Source: Octopus sinensis (taxonomy: Eukaryota). Taken from it: DNA of 41,926 bases. Positions 1 to 10,813 of the stretch are shown piece by piece. The stretch's first letter is position 1. Each line of letters starts with the position of its first letter. The notes under the pieces were generated by a model. That model saw nothing but the letters and a program-made list of their open reading frames with translations. It ran no database searches and was not told the DNA's origin. The stretch is from the NCBI RefSeq assembly GCF_006345805.1, contig NW_021835215.1, forward strand, positions 1-41,926. The letters run 5' to 3'. A program made the translations under genes and the position numbers.

Positions 1-20
1 TAATAATAATAATAATAATA

Positions 21-505
21 AGTTTTGTCTTGGTATAAAAGATGGCCTACAGCAAATATTCTGCTCAATACCACAGATTTGTTGTCAGTTGTTTGACCTT
101 AACCAGTTGACCCATGTCCCGCTTAGTGGCTGACGATATGTGCATTTCAGACCATGAGCAGAAGTAGTGGGGGAACATCATAGCTGTGTGTTGAAAGGAA
201 TTCTTAGAGGTTTGGATAATTCACCTTTGGAAACATGGTTGGTTCGTTCAACAGCCTTAAGCAATCTTTATTCATGGACTTTTTGAGTGGGATGGGTTAC
301 TCGACCAGAAGAAAATTCTAACTGGGCCCCAACTGCAAGGTCATGTGCTATGTATCTTGATAGGAGATCACCATGTCGCTCACATATGGTTGTGATGCAT
401 GTGTCTGGTGTACCCTTATCAGACAGGTAGACATGATGGGTATACTGGTCTTCGTATATTTTACCCCAGTGTCACTTTGATGGCATGCACTTCTGCTCTC
501 ACTAA
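21..505 (+). mobile_element. Interspersed repeat, probably the 3' region of a non-LTR retroelement or a non-autonomous derivative, ending in an (AAT)n tail
   Basis: Runs into (AAT)n at ~505 and is preceded by (TAA)n at 1-20. Bases 48-220 align with 22111-22270 in this window (TA[C/T]AGCAAATATTCTGCTCA[A/G]TACCACAGATTTG...). No ORF. Confidence 0.65.
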
Positions 506-653
506 AAATACTAATAATAATAATAATAATAATAATATAAATAATAATATAATAATAATAATAATAATTATAATAATAATAATATAATAAGAATAATAAT
601 AATAATAATTATTATATATATTTTATTATTATATTATTATTATTATTATTATA

Positions 654-689
<36 letters not shown>

Positions 690-770
690 CTATTATTATT
701 ATTATTTTTATTATTATTATTATAAAGACAACACAACACCACAATAATAATAAATAACAATCAATAATAA
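505..770. repeat. (AAT)n then (ATT/ATC)n microsatellite
   Basis: Directly visible; the repeat switches orientation near 608. Confidence 0.95.
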
Positions 771-900
771 TTCTTCCAAGTTTTGGTACAAGGCCAGCAT
801 AGGTAAGTCGATTACCTCGCCCACAAGGCTCAACCTAGGTGAAATTTGACATCAAAACGTAAAGATAGACGAAATGCCACTAAATAGCATGCCCGGCGCA
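771..900 (-). mobile_element. Degraded, internally deleted SINE family B copy (alternative-tail type)
   Basis: TTTTGGTACAAGGCCAGC...AAGTCGATTAC...GACGAAATGCCACTAA...GCCCGGCGC matches 31942-32132 and the reverse complement of 14938-15169. Confidence 0.65.
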
Positions 901-1313
901 GTACCTATGCATGCGTGTGCGTATATAAGTGTACATATATAAACTTATATATCTCATATCTTTTCTCTTTTCAAGGAAAATATTTCTCCCAGCGCTCACT
1001 ATTTCCATCTCGATCTGTTGTAACGATCCTCTATGTATGTTTTCGTTCGGTTTCCTTGTATGTCTCCACTGTCCTGCTTTTTTTCCCAACTTTGACCCTC
1101 TACAAATCAAAAATTTTATTTTGGAATTTATGGACCAACTGTCTTCGAAGAATCGTATAGTCGTTGAATGCTCGAAATGAGGAGTAGATAGACAGCCGAC
1201 AACTGATGAAGGGTTTTTCTTTGTGTTACTTGTCCTGTTTTCCATTTTTCTCTCGTTGTTTGCATATTTAACTCGTTTGTTTTCGTACTTCATGTTGTTA
1301 CACAGTTGTACCC

Positions 1314-1342
1314 ATATATATATATAATATATATATATATAT

Positions 1343-1380
<38 letters not shown>

Positions 1381-1389
1381 TATATAAAT

Positions 1390-1431
<42 letters not shown>

Positions 1432-1570
1432 CAACCTAGATATATATATATATATCTATAATATAATTATATATATACACACACACATATATATATATAC
1501 ATATATATATATATACATATATATATATTATATACATATGATATATATATATATATTTATATCTATATAT
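1314..1570. repeat. (TA)n microsatellite
   Basis: Directly visible. Confidence 0.95.
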
Positions 1571-1981
1571 TCTTTCTCTTTTTCTCTTTTACTTGTTTCA
1601 GTCATTGACTGTGGCCATGCTGGAGCACCGCCTATAATCGAGCAACTCGGACCCAGGACTTATTCTTTTGTAAGCCAGTACTTATTTTATCGGTCTCCTT
1701 TTTTGCCGAACCGCTAAGTAACGGGGACATAACACACCAGCATCGGTTGTCCAGCAATGCTAGGGGGACCAACACAGACACACAAACACACCACACATAA
1801 CATATATATATATATTTACATATATACGACAGCTTCTTTCAGTTTCCGTCTACCAAATCCACTCACAAGGCATTGTCGGCCCGGGCTATAGCAGAAGACA
1901 CTTGCCCAATGCCACGCAGTGAGACTGAACCCGGAACCATGTGGCTGGTTAGCACTCCTTACCACACAGCCATCCTGCGCC

Positions 1982-1983
<2 letters not shown>
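1571..1983 (-). mobile_element. tRNA-derived SINE family A, full length
   Basis: Reverse complement aligns end to end with 33291-33710: A-box-like TGGCTGTGTGGTAA, B-box-like GGTTCAGTC, TTGGGCAAGTGTCTTCT core, internal (TA)(TG) tract and GACTGAAACAAGTAAAAGA tail. Confidence 0.92.
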
Positions 1984-2037
<54 letters not shown>

Positions 2038-2039
2038 AC

Positions 2040-2082
<43 letters not shown>

Positions 2083-2219
2083 ATATATATATTATATACT
2101 ATATATCCTAATAGATATATATATTATATATATATATATAATATAATATATATATAGATATATATATAATATATCTATATATATAATATATATACATATA
2201 ATATATATATATATATATA
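1984..2219. repeat. (TA)n microsatellite
   Basis: Directly visible. Confidence 0.95.
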
Positions 2220-2240
2220 CGTATGCATGGTTATATTATT

Positions 2241-2478
2241 ACTAGCTGAATAGCTCGTTGTTGCCGGGCAATTTTTACAATAGAATGTTTTATATAATTT
2301 TTCGTTTATTCCATGTCAGATCATGCCTTCTCCGACAGATAGGACTCTTGATTAGGGCAGAACTGTGTAATTTTTCTCAAAAAACTTCGTTGAGGATTAC
2401 ATATAAGTATGGATGCATATATGTAAACGTGTGTGTGTCACTGTGTACACATGCACACAGATCTTTTGTATACTAAAT
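2241..2478 (-). mobile_element. Possible non-autonomous Helitron
   Basis: Minus strand ends GCCCGGCAACAACGAGC-TATTCAG-CTAG-T, an imperfect GC hairpin followed by CTAG|T (Helitron 3' signature). The 5' end is only weakly recognisable. Confidence 0.3.
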
Positions 2479-2720
2479 ATTAATTTTAAAATATGGTATA
2501 TTTGCTGATGTTATATTTATTTAAAGCTTTTCGTATATACGCATGTGTATAGGCGTGTCAATGTTTATATGTGTATGTATATATGTATGTATATTTGTAT
2601 ATATGCATATATGCGTGTCTCCTCTGTATTTTTATCATTTAAATTCTCTTTCTGGAAATGTATTTGGTTTCTAACAAAGGTACAAAATTCTATCTTTGGA
2701 AAGTATATAACATAAACAAT

Positions 2721-3426
2721 GAGAAAAGTCTTGTATAGTTTTACTGTTCCGTTTACAGATTGTATTTGTAATGTGTGAATCAGTTGGTTGATTTCCTTTT
2801 TCTGAAAGTCCCAAGCTTATTCAAACTGATAGTTAGGCATTTATTTACAAGAACCAAATACTCCAATTATTATTAGTATAAACTTAAATTTGTAATAGAT
2901 GCTAGAGGTTTCGAAACAGCTGTCCATAGTTATCTATTTTCTCTTTGATTTTCAAAGAGATAGTCACATTAGCAGGACATCTGACCTCTATGACGGTACT
3001 AACGTTTTCTTGTATGTCTCAAACAGTATCTGGCTTGTTATAGTTACTCTTGATGGGATTGTTTCACCAGTATTCCTTCGCTTCAAGTCATTATTACTAT
3101 TTTCTTCAAGTCTACGAGATACATACCCGTACATAGTCTTTGTTTTGTTTTTTTTTGGTATGCTGAAAGTTTGCCTAACAGGTCTTCTTGGAGGTATGGT
3201 TGTCCGTCTAATTTGGGATTGTATGGAAGGCCATCAGGAAGAGAGTACTTCAACAATTAAATAAAACCATTTCTTCTGGCCAAATTCCATTCCTATGTCA
3301 GCTGAGAATGTTGTTATTAATTCCATTTGTTTTTGACATTGTTAACGTTTTCAGCATTAATCTAAGGTCATCAACAAAGAAATTATGGGTTACAGTGATA
3401 TCACTTGCAGTTTTAGACCCCAGCAT
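2721..3426 (-). mobile_element. R4/Dong-like non-LTR retrotransposon relic (RT core joined by deletions to the RLE endonuclease)
   Basis: Minus-strand translation across stops and frameshifts gives THNFFVDDLRL and ITTFSADIGMEFGQKK (RT), then KEYW*NNPIKSNYNKPDTV*DIQENVSTVIEVRCPANVTISLKIKEKIDNYGQLFRNL and EINQLIHTLQIQSVNGTVKLYKTFL (PD-(D/E)xK restriction-like endonuclease). Confidence 0.85.
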
Positions 3427-3435
3427 GCAACTATT

Positions 3436-3438
<3 letters not shown>

Positions 3439-3467
<29 letters not shown>

Positions 3468-3493
3468 TGTATGTATGTATGTATGTATGTATG

Positions 3494-3540
<47 letters not shown>
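3439..3540. repeat. Compound (GTAT)n(CTAT)n microsatellite
   Basis: Directly visible. Confidence 0.95.
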
Positions 3541-4124
3541 GAATGGACGTAACATAATAGGTATGTACTATGAGTGCTTGGATTGGTTTACCACTAAAAC
3601 TTACTTTCAGCTGCAACTGAAAGTATGATGTTGAGACTGCCTATCAGAAACCACTAGAAGTGCCTTCTCCTTGAGCAGTTAGATATAGATCAAAGTAAAA
3701 GTGAAAAGGCAAAACTTTGGAAAAAGACATTTAATTTAGATAAAGAATATAAACACAAAGTCTCTTACAGTTGTTTCTCGAATGGCCAATCATGTGGATA
3801 AACTATATTCACACTATATTGAGTAGTATATATGTACCCAACCACATCTGCTTGTCTCTCTTTCTTCCACACTGTAGTATAAGATTCCTATTTAACCCTC
3901 ATTCATTCTCTATTCAAAATTGGAACTGCTAACTTCCACTATTCCTTCCCGTGGATTATCATTGAACATTCTAATTTGAAATTCCTAATGAACGTTACCT
4001 ATAACTGTATTATTTAGTTGATCATAGAACTACGTAACGCATACCTATTTTACTCTAATAATTCTCCACTTTGTGACAGACTTGATATATTTATTATCCT
4101 TGAGAGAAGATTCCGTCATTTTAC

Positions 4125-4213
4125 ACGCACACACACCACACAACAACAACACACCCACACACCCACCACACACACACACACACACACACACCACACACAC
4201 ACACCACACATTT

Positions 4214-4246
<33 letters not shown>

Positions 4247-4266
4247 AATATGTATATATGTATATA
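4125..4266. repeat. (CA)n/(TA)n microsatellite
   Basis: Directly visible. Confidence 0.9.
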
Positions 4267-4576
4267 ACCAGCCGAAATTTCAAAGATTATGGACACTGAC
4301 TGAGGAAAGAAAACTCCGAATGACCCGTCCTTGTTTTCCAAAACGTCTATCTGGATGTTTGTTGTCCTTTTTTTGTATCACCTGTCTGGATGTTTTGCGT
4401 TCTTGTCCCATTTTGTATATACACTACAATACATTACCGTATATATATATTATATATTATATATATATATAATTTATAAAAATATGCTTGGTCGAATTTA
4501 TTAACATTAATTAATTCTACCCCCCTTTTTGATGACTATATCTATATATATTATATATATATATAGATATATATAT

Positions 4577-4627
<51 letters not shown>

Positions 4628-4738
4628 ATATATTATATATATCTATATATATATATATATATAATATTTATATATATAATCTTCATATATATATATATAT
4701 TTATATATATTTACATATATATAGTATATCTACATAAC

Positions 4739-4813
<75 letters not shown>

Positions 4814-4830
4814 TTTATATATATATATAT

Positions 4831-4880
4831 GGTGTGCCCCAGCATGGCCACGCTCAATAAGCTGAAACTGGAAAAATCAA
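4831..4880 (+). mobile_element. Isolated 3' tail of SINE family A or its partner LINE
   Basis: GGTGTGCCCCAGCATGGCCACG...GCTGAAAC matches the GGCGGTGCTCCAGCATGGCC...ACTGAAAC tail of the full copies. Confidence 0.6.
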
Positions 4881-5149
4881 TCAAAACAAAATCATATATA
4901 TATATATATACTTATCATATATATATATATAATACATATACACGTACATGAATATGGTTTCAACAAACGAACTCACATAATAATCTTGCAGACTAATCCC
5001 AAAACGATATATCATCTACATATATTGTGTATATTATCTATATAAATATAAATATATATATATTTTATAATATATATATATATATAATATAGATCTATAT
5101 ATATCTATATATATATATCTATATTATGTGACAATTAGTTGGTTGTCAT

Positions 5150-5208
5150 AATAAAACTCTGAGTTTTGGATACGGGCTGGGTTCTTCTCCGGCCTCACAT
5201 TAGTTATT
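5150..5208 (-). ncRNA. Degraded type I hammerhead-ribozyme-like motif (Penelope-associated style)
   Basis: Minus strand reads AAUAA-CUAAUGU-[stem II region]-C-AAAA-CUC-A-GAG-UU-UUAUU. It has a 5-bp stem I, a core differing from CUGAUGA/GAAA at 3 positions, and a palindromic stem III. Confidence 0.4.
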
Positions 5209-5286
5209 AAAGGCAGAACCATTAATAATGTATATATATATATATATAATATATATGTATGTATGTATGTATATAGATGTATGTAT

Positions 5287-5329
<43 letters not shown>

Positions 5330-5551
5330 CTATATATATATATACTCACCATACATATGCAATAACTTTATATACATGCATACACATCGATATATCTGTG
5401 TGTATCTATCATCATATATTGTCGAACAACAACCATATTCATGTGTATGTATATTTATATCTCCATATATATACTAATATGCATACACACACATACGCAC
5501 ACGCGCGCGTGCAACACACACACACACATACACACACGTGTATGAGTGTGT

Positions 5552-5582
<31 letters not shown>

Positions 5583-7159
5583 CTTGTATAATTATGTAGC
5601 ATAATGTATTGTGGAAAGTGGGTCACCGTGTCTTTGAAGTAACGGTTTCTCCAGATAAGTGATATTGGTAGTTATGCTTGCGGGTGAAGGGTTGGGATTC
5701 TAGGAGACTGATTTCTCATTTTGCTCATTCCCACACACTGGCTGGTGTAGAGACGAAATTGGGACATCCTTTTTTTTTCATTGGTAAACTAATCTAGGTA
5801 ACGCCTACTTTCAACAACCAATAATTGTTTTGGTGGGCCGTCTAAGAAAGTTACAACCATCACCACCACCACCACCACCACAACTAGTGATTTTACTGTC
5901 ACCTCTATCCTCACTATTATAAATTATAATAATAATAATAATGATGGTAACCGTTTCTTTGCTTGGCCGATAAGGAGTCGTTACTAAAACAAATGAGAAC
6001 AATGATGAGATTTGCATAGACTTAATCATTCATAAGGAAGAGTGTGGGAGAAAATTAAATGTAATTTCCTAGTACGAAGTAGCTACTTGGATTTAATTAA
6101 GCTGGGAAACTCCAAAATCCCGAATTACACCTCTTTTTAAGAGAAAGCGGCTTGTCTCAAATGCGTTCTCCTGCAGAGTAGGTTCATTCACTTGAAACCA
6201 TCAAACGAGTTTCACCAATCTTTCAGCAAATTTAGCTCGAGATCATCTCATCCGCTTCACTCTTAACTTCTCCTTTAAGTCGACTTTGAAGAAGCTGATG
6301 GAGTATGGACTGAAATGGAAAGCCATAAGTCACTTCAATATTGTCCAGACAGGGGCTAATTGCTCATCTTCTAACCAAAAGAAGGCAGTAAGATGATCTA
6401 TACCAGGAGTTCTCATCTACTTTTTATCTATGAACATCTTCGATTATTATTTCCTTCTGGTGCCCCCACTCCAGCTATTCGATGTTTAATAGCTAGTTTT
6501 ATGGAAGCTTTTAAATTCCTATTTTGCTTTATCACACACTCACTTTAGTAGGTTGAACTATGTGAAATTTCAGAGAAAGAAACCTAGCTGCTTCTTGCAA
6601 TACATCTAAAGCAGAATCTTTTTCAGGCCCCCTTAAAATGCTACTTTGGATTCTAAATTTACTATTTTGTTGCATGGACCTCAAAAATTTTATGTGGAAC
6701 TCCAGAAACCATATGGACCCGGCTGAGAACAACTGATCTGTACAGTGGACATGACTCACCCAACACTGCATAAACCAGGCATCATGCTATAACAAATTAT
6801 AAACTATCAACTCTAAATAAATCATTACAACAAAAAAAAACCTATTCCCAATAAGCAATATGAACAATAGATTCAGAAATTCAGTAATTATATAGGATAA
6901 AACAAATGTATCAACGTTACTGTAAGAAAGTGGGAAAGTAAGTAAAACTTGAAAACTTTGAAAAAATTTCAATACTGAAAATCAGTGAATAAAAAAGAGA
7001 ACCACCCATGGAAGGTATGTACTATTAGTGCTGGGTTTGGTTTACCACTAAAACTCGCTTAGCTTTTGATGGAAATGAAAAGGGCTGAAATGCTGACACT
7101 GGAGGTAGAAATACGAAAAGAGAACTTCAGATGAAGGAAGTTAATACTAAAATCTGCTA

Positions 7160-7220
7160 CAGTAATAGCAGCAGCAGCAGCTGTGGTGGTGGTGGTGGTG
7201 GTTGTTTTGGTAGTAGTAGC

Positions 7221-7271
<51 letters not shown>

Positions 7272-7494
7272 GGTGGTGGTGGTGGTGGTGGTGTTGGTGG
7301 TGGTGGTGCTGGTGGTGGTGGTGGTGGTCGTCGTCGCAGTAGTAGTAGTCGTAGTAGTGGTAGTCGTAGTATTAGTAGCACAAGCAGCAGCAGCAGCAGC
7401 AGTAGCAGCAGCAGTAGCAGCAGCAGTAGCAGCAGCAGTAGCAGCAGCAGCAGCAGTAGTAGTAGTAGTGGTGGTAGTAGTAGTAGTAGTAGTG

Positions 7495-7538
<44 letters not shown>
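7160..7538. repeat. Compound (AGC)n/(GGT)n/(AGT)n trinucleotide repeat
   Basis: Directly visible; the source of the poly-S/T/L/V/G ORFs. Confidence 0.95.
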
Positions 7539-7539
<1 letters not shown>

Positions 7540-7939
7540 AGGTAGGAGTATGCACTGTAACAGCGCATCGCTGCATCCAACATTCCCCTATTTGTTAGTA
7601 ATTCTTTCCTCCTAGCTGATGACACCTTTGCACAACACAGGTGACAATCCTCCGACCCCTGAGTGTTTGGGGTAGTCGTTACTAGTGAGAGGTCGGAGTG
7701 CAAATCCTACCACAACCTCTTTTAACTACCCTTCACGACACAAAGAGGAAACGTTGGGTTTGTTCTTTAACATACCGGTCCCCACGAACCTACAATACTA
7801 TAGCCCATACAGATAAGATTACCTAATTTGTAAACAGGATGAGGGTGTCTGATTGAAATATTACTCTATTACAAAACTCTCTCGTCTACACTCTTCCACT
7901 CCACCTACCCCTGACTCTGCATATACATATGCCAAGGGC

Positions 7940-8110
7940 GGAAATGCTTCAAACCAGCAAGGTCACAGGTTATGACATTGTACCTGCCTTTATTCTCAAG
8001 TATTGCGCCCCAGAACTTGATCTTATACTCATCAAACCCTTTAATATCCCACTTGCTACGGAGATATATTCTGACATTTGGAAGCATGCTTCAATGAATC
8101 TCATTCCAAC
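7940..8110 (+). mobile_element. LINE RT N-terminal fragment (CR1/L2/Jockey-type)
   Basis: LQTSKVTGYDIVPAFILKYCAPELDLILIKPFNIPLATEIYSDIWKHASMNLIP fits the KA.GPDGIP..LK.CA..L...FN..L..G..P..WK.A...PIPK pre-RT motif. Confidence 0.8.
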
Positions 8111-8761
8111 GAATTCAAGTGCCAAACGGAAGATTTATACAGCGATGAAGAGGATTTTTCTGACTTTCCTTCATTATAAGAGAGGTAGATGTTAGTGCTC
8201 CAATACGAAAGAAAGTATTGCTTTAACTGGCTCTGGATAGAGAAAGTGCACCGATTTTTCGCCATTTGTATATTCGTTTGCAAGCAAAATGTGGGCATCT
8301 CAAATGAATTTATGTTCACGCCAGAGATCCAGGAAAGTGTATATTTTTGAAAGTGAGATTGTAAATTTTATTGTGCGTGAGACTAAGAATTATTATAGAT
8401 TTTGTACTTATTTATAATGAAAATAAGTATAGAAAATTACCCTTAAGAAAAAGAGGTATTTTTAATTCTTTTTCCGCTTAGAACACACATTCACGCAGCC
8501 CTTTCCTGCCTTTTAATTTTTTTAAGATATGAAACGAAACCGAAAGAAATAATACAAAATCAAAATGAAACTAGACAAAACCAGTAAGCTGTTTTAAAAA
8601 CAAACAAAAAAAAAACCTTATTGACAGAAGCTGAGAAAAGACGAATCAAAGGCAAAATTGAAAACTGGACGAAATGTTAAGCAGACGATTTGATTAAAGT
8701 TGTGAAAAGTGAATGTCAAGCCAGTATATAATCATAAAATAAATGATAATAGTGATAAAGT

Positions 8762-8907
8762 GAGTATGGCTGTGTGGTAAGAAGTTTGCTTCTCACTCAG
8801 ATGGTTCGGATTCACCCATGACGAGTGACACCGTCTCCTATAACACTGGGCCGACCGAAGCCTTGTGAGAGTATCTGGTAGACGGAAAATGAAAGAAGAA
8901 GCCTGTC

Positions 8908-8976
<69 letters not shown>

Positions 8977-9037
8977 CGTGTGTGTAGTAGAATAATAATA
9001 AAAAATTTCTTGGTACAGTATAATATATTCAAATGTG

Positions 9038-9068
<31 letters not shown>

Positions 9069-9260
9069 TGTGTGTGTGTGTGTGTTTGTCTGTCTGTGTG
9101 TCTTCCCACCAACTTAGTGGTTCAGTAAAAGTGACCGATAGAATAAGTACTAGGCTTTTAAAAAATAAGTCCTGGAGTTGATTCGTTTAAGTGAATCCTT
9201 TTAAGGCGGTGGGCTTGCATGGACACCGTCCAATGACTGAAAAACGTGAAAGATAGAGTA
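8762..9260 (+). mobile_element. SINE family A, older diverged copy with an expanded internal (TA)/(TG) tract
   Basis: 5' half at 8762-8910 and 3' half at ~9085-9260 align with the full copies. Confidence 0.85.
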
Positions 9261-9500
9261 TTAAAAAACAGTCTCAGCTGAAATCAGTAAAGGTCCAGTC
9301 CGCCCAAAGGCAGAAGTCATCTAAATGCTTGACTGGGTAGTGGTGTGCCTATGCTTATGAATCAAAAGACCAACATTTCGCAAAGAAACCGAGAAAATAT
9401 GGTCACATGCACAAAAATCCTGCAAATGACAATGAATTTACTACGATGATTCAGAACCGAGAGTTCAGACAAGATCAAACAAGACCACCCAATTACTATA

Positions 9501-9706
9501 TTTTACATTTTACTTCTTTGTCATAGGACTGTGGCCACGCTGGGGACTGGCTTGAAAGAGTTTAGTTAAACGCTTCAACCCGGTACCAGTTTTTATTAAC
9601 GAAGTACTTATTGTCCCTTAGTGTCATAGTGCTGAACCGGTCATTTACGAGGATGTAAGCAGACCAACACCAGTCGTCAAGCATTGACTGGAGACAAACA
9701 CAGACA
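9501..9706 (-). mobile_element. SINE family A 3' half, diverged
   Basis: GACTGTGGCCACGCTGGG...GTACTTATT...GCTGAACCG...ACACCAGTCGTCAAGC...GACAAACACAGACA parallels 1600-1780. Confidence 0.75.
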
Positions 9707-9820
9707 TAAGCATACTCACGCACACACACACATATACACGCACACACACAGACACTCACACACACACACACACTCACACAAACAAACAAACAAACAAACA
9801 GACAAACACACACACACACA

Positions 9821-9874
<54 letters not shown>
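9707..9874. repeat. (CA)n/(CAAA)n/(TA)n microsatellite
   Basis: Directly visible. Confidence 0.9.
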
Positions 9875-9876
<2 letters not shown>

Positions 9877-9877
<1 letters not shown>

Positions 9878-10763
9878 AGGATGCAATGGGTATATTATCA
9901 CCATTTATATTTTTAATTTCGCGCATGCACATTGTTTGTTTTTGAATTTGTTGACTACACTATATAGTAGGGCCAGTCGGGCACCGTCTGTGACAAAAGG
10001 AGCACCATGACGCAACTCACTTTGCTAAAAATTTGAAAATGGCATGCTGTACTGCTTGGCATTCGCACTAGAAGCTCCAGTACGAGCAGATGGTGAACAC
10101 ACAGAACACCGGTTGGCTTGCCGTGTCCCCAAAACATATACCGAGAGTAAAAAGAAAATCAAACATCCAGTCAACGTCATGGCGTTTGGAGTGATCACTA
10201 GTGATGGCGACATTTGCATCCATTCATCTTTCCACGCGGACTCACACTCAACACGGAGGCCTAGATCAAGTGCCTGGAGGGGGTAGTACTGGCCTGGCTC
10301 AAGAGGGTGGCTGCTGAAAGACCCTATATCTGGCAACAGGACTCTGCACCATCCCACACGAGTAGGAGAACTCAGTCATGGTTGCCAGACAATTTATGTG
10401 GCAACATCACCCCTAACATCTGGCCACTGAACTCCCCAAACGGCAACCCCCTTGATTATTACGTGTGGGGTGCAGTTGAGCGAGAGACCAAGAAAACTTG
10501 TAAAACTAAAAATTAACTGAAGGCAAGGATTAAGGCAGTATTCACCAACTTAAACAAGGAGACCGTCCAGCAGAGTTGCAGGAGATTCTGAAGTCATCTG
10601 GAGGGTGTGGTTGAAGCCAATGGCGATTTTATTGAATAAATTTACTGTTCAGTATTTCAAGATATTCTTATGTAATTTTTGGTAAATATATCTGTTAAAA
10701 TGAGATATCAATGTTATTTTCATCTTTGAGTAATTTAGACTAGAATATATTCACAGCACCTTG
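9877..10763 (+). mobile_element. Tc1/mariner DD37D (maT-type) transposon, internally deleted, transposase pseudogene
   Basis: KHPVNVMAFGVITSDG ... WQQDSAPSHTSRRTQSWLPDNLCGNITPNIWPLNSPNGNPLDYYVWG has exactly 37 residues between the 2nd and 3rd catalytic D. C-terminus is VVEANGDFIE* (~10639). Degenerate TIRs TA|CAGGATGC...TATATT and AATATATTCACAGCACCTTG. Confidence 0.88.
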
Positions 10764-10813
10764 CGTATACACACACACACACGCGCGCGTGCATGCACAC
10801 ACACACATTAACA

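Larger units (their letters stand above)
4440..5580. repeat. Interrupted (TA)n field ending in (CA)n/(TG)n
   Basis: Directly visible; contains short non-repetitive islands. Confidence 0.9.

Noticed and set aside
880-1434. Long YIYI-type ORFs here and at 4529-4951, 11634-12257, 20174-20524 and 32770-33084
   Set aside because: Translations of (TA)n/(TG)n tracts with no protein signal.
3758-3776. Minus-strand GAAACAACTGTA resembling the GAAA-CAGCUG-UA half of a minimal hammerhead
   Set aside because: No intact CUGANGA or stem I partner found nearby.
6100-6800. Possible protein-coding or LINE relic, including ORF 6532-6771
   Set aside because: No motif I can recognise beyond a weak KLMEYGL; needs a translated search.
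7616-7646. CTGATGA followed by a CACCT/AGGTG stem
   Set aside because: No GAAA after the stem, so not a hammerhead.
7059-7703. 214-aa poly-T/A ORF and overlapping poly-S/L/V ORFs
   Set aside because: Open only because of trinucleotide repeats; flanks are not protein-like.
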